The translations under genes were made by a program, and so were the position numbers. The notes beneath the pieces were generated by a model. It searched no databases. It was not told the DNA's origin and was given only the letters and a program-made list of their open reading frames with translations. This document shows, piece by piece, positions 56,966 to 64,000 of a DNA stretch of 64,000 nucleotides. Position 1 is the first letter of the stretch, and each line of letters starts with the position of its first letter. Source of the stretch: Octopus vulgaris (taxonomy: Eukaryota); contig OX597819.1 in the NCBI GenBank assembly GCA_951406725.2, positions 93,806,001 to 93,870,000 on the forward strand. The letters are read 5' to 3'.

Positions 56966-57102
56966 GTAGCAGTACTTAAAATGAACCAAGTAGCAATACT
57001 TAAACCAGACCTAGTAGCAATACTTAAAATGGACCTAGCAGCATTACCTAAAACAGACAAAGTGGCAGTACCAAAAATGAACCCAGTAATAATACTTAAA
57101 AC
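56966..57102 (+). repeat. Degenerate 24-bp minisatellite (~5.7 units)
   Basis: Units gtagcagtacttaaaatgaaccaa / gtagcaatacttaaaccagaccta / gtagcaatacttaaaatggaccta / gcagcattacctaaaacagacaaa / gtggcagtaccaaaaatgaaccca / gtaataatacttaaaac. Confidence 0.85.
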
Positions 57103-57129
57103 ATTGTTGATGCCACTAAAGGCAACCCA

Positions 57130-57498
57130 AGAGCCAACGGTAGGGTGGTGTAAATGGGCAGTGTCAGAGCTATGCCGTTGGGAACTTTGGTTCCTGGTAG
57201 GGCCACCCAAGGCAGATTGGTCTGGCACCGAGCGGTATTAGGGCTGCAGCTTGGCCAACGGGGTTCTGGTGAAAATTCCAAGAGGTGTCTGATTGGCAAC
57301 CAGCAGCTTCGAGGTTGTTCTGTCCCTGCGTCTGTGGAGACTCCACGGCAAACAGGGCGTCCCGTCACTTGGGATATGTATGCTGGATGTCGGGGACCGC
57401 TTGTGAATTCAATATTCCCACGAAACTTCTATGAGAGAAGAAGCCAGCTCAACCCACCCTGGGTGTATGCTGTCACAAGTACAAGTACAAATAAGTAC
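57130..57498 (+). mobile_element. Candidate short non-autonomous RTE-derived element
   Basis: GC-rich island containing gagctatgccg..ggtagggccacccaaggcagattggtc, which resembles the conserved 5' region of RTE elements as I recall it (BovB, Expander). Ends in an (acaagt)n-like tail. Confidence 0.5.
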
Positions 57499-58020
57499 TG
57501 GTGATAGCAGAGGCTGAAGTGGTAGTGGTTGCTGTCATTGTCATCGTTGTATTAAACAGGGCAGTATTATAAATCTACCAGTTTAACATCACAACCAGCC
57601 ATGATGTCATGAAATACTGTAAGTACTAAATATTAACTGCTATATTAATAAAAAGAAACTACTTTGTAGAACCTAAGACTACTTAGTTAAACTACACACA
57701 CAGTAAAAGAAACAAGAAACCTCTCTATAGAAAGTGCCATTGATTCAGACATTATTAATAGAAAAGAAAAGAAACATAATAAAATATACATAGTCTGTAA
57801 TATTAAGTCCTGAGTTTATGGAAGTAAGTTTCATTGAAACAGTTTACTGATGCTTTTAACAAATCTTTGTGTTTGTCTCTTTTCCTTTCTTCAAAATATT
57901 CTCTTTAAACCATAAGAAATAATAATTGCTCATTTCAGTATCATCTGTGTTTATAACTTGCATGTGGGTGTATAGTTTATGTATTTATTATGTGTGCTTA
58001 TGTTTCTTTGCATGAGTAGA

Positions 58021-58110
<90 letters not shown>

Positions 58111-58201
58111 CATGTATATATATATATATATGTATAAATATATATATGTGCGTGTGTAGGTGTATGTATGTACAAATATATATATACACACATACATACA
58201 T

Positions 58202-58630
58202 AGGCGCAGGAGTGGCTGTGTGGTAAGTAGCTTGCTAACCAGCCACATGGTTCCGGGTTCAGTCCCACTGCGTGGCATCTTGGGCAAGTGTCTTCTGCTA
58301 TAGCCCCGGGCCGACCAATGCCTTGTGAGTGGATTTGGTAGACGGAAACTGAAAGAAGCCTGTCGTATATATGTATATATATATATAAGTGTGTGTGTAT
58401 ATGTTTGTGTGTCTGTGTTTGTCCCCCTAGCATTGCTTGACAACCGATGCTGGTGTGTTTACGTTCCCGTTACTTAGCGGTTCGGCAAAAGAGACCGATA
58501 AAATAAGTACTGGGCTTACAAAGAATAAGTCCCGGGGTCGATTTGCTCGACTAAAAGGCGGTGCTCCAGCATGGCCGCAGTCAAATGACTGAAACAAGTA
58601 AACGAGTAAACGAGTAACGAGTAAACGAGT
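58202..58630 (+). mobile_element. SINE family A (tRNA-like head, central microsatellite), full-length copy
   Basis: aggcgcaggagtggctgtgtggtaagtagcttgc..gggttcagtccc..(TA/TG)n..ggcggtgctccagcatggcc..gaaacaagtaaa with a tandem-repeat tail; near-identical to the other copies. Confidence 0.9.
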
Positions 58631-59729
58631 ATACATATAAGTGCACATGTACATATAGGGTAAATATATATATATATGCATTATATATGTATAAATATAT
58701 AAAAAAAACTCTCATACATAAGCATGCATAATATATATCTATATGTGTATGTGCATGTGTGTATATATATATATATATGTGTGTGTATATATATGTATAT
58801 ATATATATACATATACATATATATATGCATGTATATGTAAAGATTCTTTTTAAACAAAGAGCAAGGAAAAGATGTCAGATCAGTGCTGATGGATCAATAC
58901 AGTTTGCTTTAATGCTGTACACATAAATCAATGAATCATTGAGAAAATTAACCGACTCTGTCTCCACAATAAAACTTGCTTTCACCAAGCAACATCCTTG
59001 ATGAGTCAATAGAGCTGCTGCTCAATTTTACTTGCCACATTGAACTTAGTATGCGAGGGAAAAGATATACATTACCTCTTCAGAATCAAAACGATATGAT
59101 AAGCGGGAATTGGACCATTATGAATATTTTTTTTTACCAATAAATTATATAAATAATCATAAATGATTATATAGAAAAAAAAATGAATAGAAAAGGAGAT
59201 GTTAATAGCTTTGCAGGGATTATACTTAAGTCATCAAGGAGGCAAGTTTGTCAAATAAAATGACCTTGTCATTTGTACTTATAGAGCTAGCTGAATAAAA
59301 CTTTGTAAAGAAGAAAAAACACACCGACACACAGAATTATGAATTATATGTGTGTATGCATATACATACACACACACATGCAAACACATATATATATATT
59401 AATATATATATATATATGTTGTGTGTGTATATATATATATGCGTGTGTGTATGTACATATATATAATAACAAAATAATAAATAAAACATATGCATATATT
59501 CATACATATATGTACGTACCTACATCTATATGTATATATACATGCATATATAGGTACAGGACGCCAAAAAAACGTTGAACACAACAAGAAACGAAAACAT
59601 AAAAACAAAACCATGGAAACGGCCAATTTTTTTAAACAACGATAAAACAGAGTAAAAGACATACAACACAAGGAACATTCCCCTTCTTCAGCCGCCTCTG
59701 TTTCATCTACTCCGTGTTTCGAAGGTATA

Positions 59730-59773
<44 letters not shown>

Positions 59774-59785
59774 TATGTATATACA

Positions 59786-60135
59786 TTCATCATCATCATC
59801 ATCGTTTAACGTCTGCTTTCCATGCTAGCATGGGTTGGACGGTTCAACTGGGGTCTGGCAAGCCCGAAGGCTGCACCAGGCCAGTCAGATCTGGCAGTGT
59901 TTCTACAGCTTGATGCCCTTCCTAACGCCAACCACTCCGAGAGTGTAGTGGGTGATTTTATGTGCCACCGACACAGGTGCCAGATGAGGCTGGCAGACGG
60001 CCACGCTCGGATGGTGTTTTTTATGTGCCACCGACACAGGTGCCAGACGAGGCTGGCAGACGGCCACGCTCGGATGGTGTTTTCTTATGTGTCACTGACA
60101 CAGGTGCCAGACAAGGCTGGCGAACGGCCAAACGA
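59786..60135 (-). mobile_element. SINE family D with an RTE-type 3' tail (ggacgttaaacgatgatgatg). Other copies at ~17537-17710 and 20761-20975
   Basis: (cat)n-cgtttaacgtc.gctttccatgct.gcatgggttggacgg..gatgcccttcctaa.gccaaccactcc is shared between copies; this copy has an internal 63-64-bp tandem repeat. Confidence 0.8.
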
Positions 60136-60717
60136 GTCATCCCTGGTGGGATTAAATATATATATATATATGTGTATGTATGGAGGCCTTTGTCATTTCT
60201 AAGCATTGAATTGGAAGAATCATTATAGTATCAGACAAAAATTCCTTGCAGTATTTATTCCAGCTCTTTGGTTTCTGACTTCAAATCCAACTAAACTGAA
60301 TTACTTTGCTTTTCAACCTTCCAAGAGTTGATAAATAAAGTACAAGTGGTACCTCAGCTGGTGAGCTAGCATAAGGGTATAAACATAAATCAGGTACCCA
60401 GTTTAATACTGCCACCTGATCTTTGGGAAAATTCGCTATTTTGCATTCAGGCAAGGTCACCTTGTTTAATAATACCTTCTGTTTCACCACCTCCCAGTCT
60501 TAGAAAATCAAGGATTAAAAAAAAACATGGGCAATTATGTACATTATTTATATTTGATGGAGTGGTTGTATACTGTCAACATAATGTGACATCCCATGTG
60601 GGAATTACACCACCGCTGTTTAGCCCTAGGAAGCATCGACGCTTCCTGTCGGCTTTGACACATTTCCTGTGTCTTTATATTTGTGAAGGGGAGGCAAGCA
60701 CCCCCACCAGCCAAGAT

Positions 60718-60776
60718 TCACACCTGAGGACATGCATGTTTCTGGGTCTTAACCCGTCATCAGCCCAGGATAGTGA
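60718..60776 (-). ncRNA. Minimal type I hammerhead ribozyme (PLE-type), antisense to Cav3
   Basis: Reverse complement reads cctggg-CTGATGA-c-gggt-taag-accc-a-GAAA-catgcatg-TC-ctcagg, with a perfect 4-bp stem II. Confidence 0.82.
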
Positions 60777-60875
60777 GATCTGCTGACTGAGGTGCCTGTC
60801 CAGCCTTCACAAACATATATATTTACAGTGAAATCTATTCTGTGAAGGCTGGACAGGCACCTCAGTCAGCAGATC

Positions 60876-60934
60876 TCACTATCCTGGGCTGATGACAGGT
60901 TAAGACCCAGAAACATGCATGTCCTCAGGTGTGA
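60876..60934 (+). ncRNA. Minimal type I hammerhead ribozyme (PLE-type), sense to Cav3
   Basis: tcactatcctggg-CTGATGA-caggttaagaccca-GAAA-catgcatg-TC-ctcaggtgtga. Core boxes intact; stem I cctggg/ctcagg; palindromic stem III acatgcatgt; predicted cleavage after GUC at 60923. Stem II has one extra mismatch. Confidence 0.8.
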
Positions 60935-61474
60935 ATCTTGGCTGGTGGGGGTGCTTGCCTCCCCGTCACAAATATAAGGACACAGGAAATGTGTCAAAGC
61001 CGACAGGAAGCGTCGATGCTTCCTAGGGCTAAACAGCAGTGGTGTAATTCCCATACAGGACTGTCATGTTATGTTGACATTATACAACCACTCTATCGCT
61101 CCACCACCACTCATGTCTCTTTAAGACATTTAGAAATTTAATATTTCTAATTATATTTGATGGATATTTGTCAAATGTGAATAACGTAAATAATGATCGT
61201 TAATTTTATCTTAGAATCTTTGAGAAACAATTTCCTTATAGTGTTTCCCAAACCAAATACATTATTATCTCTTAGCTTTTATCATTTTGGATTGCAGCCA
61301 TGCTGGAGCACCACCTTCAAGAGTTTTGGTCAGACAAAGCAATCCCAGTACTTAAGTTTTGCTTTTGTTTTTTAATAAATCTCTTTTGCTGAATCATTAA
61401 GTAACAGGGATGTAAACAAACCAACACCAGTTATCAACCAGTAGGCGGTGGTTGACAAACACAGACAAAAATAA

Positions 61475-61511
<37 letters not shown>

Positions 61512-62099
61512 GTTTCAAATTTACAGCAAACAAAAGACAAACACAAGTGAAGGAACAACAAACAGGTGTATTAGCTTAACACTCAGGAAAAATGGAAGAG
61601 TCTTTTATGTTTTGAGCTTATGCTCTTTGACAGAAAAGATTAATAGGAAAAAAACGGAGAGAGAATGAAAAAAAACAGAGGAAAAAATATGTAAAAATAC
61701 ACAAACATACACACACACACACACATGCATACACAACAAGTTTCCAGAAGGTTTCTGTCTACCAAATTCACTCACCGATATTAGTTGGCCTGGGGCTATA
61801 GCAAAAGACACTTGGCCAAGGAACCATGCAATAGGTCTGAACTCAATACCACAATGTCACAAAGCAAGCTTCTTAACTGCAAAGCTATGCCTGCAACTGT
61901 AATATTTTAATTTCATATTTCTCAATCTGTAGTTCTAAATTCAAATCTCACCAAGGTCTATTTTCACCTTTCATCCATCTCTTCAGGGTTAATAAAACAA
62001 ACACAGATACGATTGTAATGTATTACTCTGTGCATTTTTTTTTTCTTTATTCTTTTAGTTACATTAGGCATTGGACTGCAGTCATGCTGAGTCACTGCT

Positions 62100-62317
62100 T
62101 TAACCCTTTTGTAACCATATTTGTTTTGAAATGCTCCGTGTTTCCCTCAATTGATTTTCAATATAACAAAGAATTTAGTAAAATAACTTAGTTATCATAA
62201 AGCTGGTATTAAGAATATAAATTTGGTGGAAGATTTTAATTCAAAACTTATGAAAACAAGACATTTGTACTACAGAGCCAGAGGCAATTTCAGCCGGATT
62301 GGTATCGAAATAGTTAA
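62100..62317. mobile_element. piggyBac-type (TTAA) MITE, second copy, inserted in a SINE
   Basis: ttaacccttttgtaacc...ggtatcgaaatagttaa; internal sequence is the reverse complement of 54947-55166. Confidence 0.7.
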
Positions 62318-63268
62318 AGGATTTAGTCAAATAATTATCTCCACTACTAATTCTGTGTCTGATAAATTATTCTAACGATTTCCTTTTGCCAGAGATGACT
62401 TGGAAGTTGTTGCTCTTTGATTACTACTGCAAACAGCAGTAGGTTTCTTCAGTTGAATACACGTCGTTGATTGGTTAAAATTACCCAAATACGACAACTT
62501 TAACACGAAATAACTTCTAAAGTACGAAATTTTGTCCAAAATGTTGAAAATAAACCATGATCAGCATGAGAAATAACACCAGTATACGAAGTTTTAAACT
62601 GTTTAGTTAAAAAAATATAATTAAAATCTATGTGAGCCAAACTGAAGAGATCCAAAGGATTTAAGCAAGCCAACATTGATTGTTAAGTGAGGGTAGAGGG
62701 AGAAACACAAAGACACACCGATACAAATATTTATGTATGCGATGAGTTTTCACACAGTTTCTGTCTACCACATTCATCTATAAAGCATTGGTCATCCAGT
62801 TATAGTAGAAAGCATTGTCCAAGCTGTTGCTGTGCAGTAGGAATGAAGAGGCCAAAACCACATGATTGTGAAATAATCTTCACGACCACAGAGCCATATG
62901 CCTGTCTGTGCCTCTACCCTGCCTAGGAAATCAATGTTCGTTCAGAAGAAGGACATGAAATCGGCAACTACTGTGAATTACTTGAACGTGACTAATCAAC
63001 ATGCACATACTTAGCCTTGCCTGTATCCATTCTGCCTTCCATCCAGCTAATCCAGTGAAGTTTACTTCAGTGAAAGATTGTGTCAAGTGTTAATTTTTGT
63101 TCATAAAAGTGAAACCTCTTAAAAGAACTTGAAACACTAATAATTTTTGAATTTCTCATGTCTAAGATGTATCAATTCAATTTCAAGTGACTTGATGCTT
63201 TTGTATTTCTGTTTTGATTTGGGTTCTTTTTTTTTTTGCATTATTTTTGTAGTGGGGTTAGGAATTGA

Positions 63269-63337
63269 TTTTATATTGAATTGATTTAGTCCCGATAAAG
63301 AATTTTATATTAAATTGATTTAGTCCCGATAAAGAAT
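63269..63337 (+). repeat. ~34-bp tandem duplication
   Basis: ttttatatt(g/a)aattgatttagtcccgataaagaa occurs twice. Confidence 0.85.
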
Positions 63338-64000
63338 CTCCTTCAGTCATACATTCAAATGTAGCTTAGTAGTCTCTGCAAATTAGAATATTTGCATGAA
63401 CTGTAACATCGGATTTTCACTCCTGAATATAAGAGCAATAGGTCGTCATGTGGTTATTTTGCATGCTAGAAAAAGTATTCAAATGCTAAATGTATCCTTA
63501 CTGTCATAAGATGAGTCCTATATGCATTATGCCTTGAACAAAAATGGTATGAATATGCTTTTAATTTCTTTGATGATAGCTCGGCTTAATAAGGGCTGAT
63601 GTTGAGCTTGTAGTGAGAACCCAGCTGAGATTTGAACCATCGCTCTCATATTTTCCCAGTCTAAGACCACAAATTGATATATTTACATTAAAGGAAAAGT
63701 GTTGCAATAAAAGGCATTAATGCCTATGCAAATATGACTTAACCAATCAACATTGGCCGATATATTATAGCTGGAAAAGCAATCTTCAAAGGAAGCATGT
63801 TAGTTTTCCCACCAATCAATCTGGCAAAAGATTTTAGAATGTTTGAAGCTGATAGTAACTAATAGGTGAACGAATTCAACTTTAGCCAGATCTATCCCAG
63901 ATTTACACAAGTCATATTGCTTTTACCCATTATGATAGTCTCTCATCTTTCTCACCTTGCTTAATTTAATGGAATAGAGAGCCACCAAGCCATCTTTGGG

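Larger units (their letters stand above)
60562..61150. mobile_element. Penelope-like element remnant forming a long inverted repeat (inverted pseudo-LTRs)
   Basis: Arms 60560-60811 and 60841-61093 are near-perfect reverse complements with a 29-nt loop. Each arm carries a minimal hammerhead. A 14-bp direct repeat ttatatttgatgga at 60548-60561 and 61151-61164 looks like a target-site duplication. Confidence 0.75.

Noticed and set aside
56966-60125. CRISPR-like arrays (24-bp and 63-bp repeats)
   Set aside because: They are head-to-tail tandem units without unique spacers, in a eukaryotic context with no cas genes.
60562-61141. Mirror-image ORFs (GITPPLFSPRKHRR..)
   Set aside because: A by-product of the inverted repeat; short and with no recognisable domain.

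Overview
AT-rich, microsatellite- and transposon-dense animal genomic DNA. The SINE families resemble those I recall from octopus genomes (inference, not a database result). Nearly all ORFs in the supplied track are microsatellite artefacts. I can support one host coding exon, which the ORF track missed: 48393-48564 (+), 172 nt with canonical AG/GT splice sites. It encodes the domain I S4-S5 linker, S5 and turret start of a T-type voltage-gated calcium channel (Cav3; CACNA1G/H/I family). I found neither neighbouring exon, so the rest of the window is probably very large introns. These contain a near-complete mariner (21150-22415), other Tc1/mariner, hAT, piggyBac-type and Helitron derivatives, RTE, CR1, Tx1 and R4-type LINE fragments, several SINE families, and many Penelope-like (PLE) remnants. 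The most striking non-coding signal is a set of minimal hammerhead-ribozyme motifs. Two of them sit mirrored in a ~530-bp palindrome (60560-61093), one per strand, and the + strand copy would lie in the Cav3 pre-mRNA. Coordinates of degenerate repeats are approximate.
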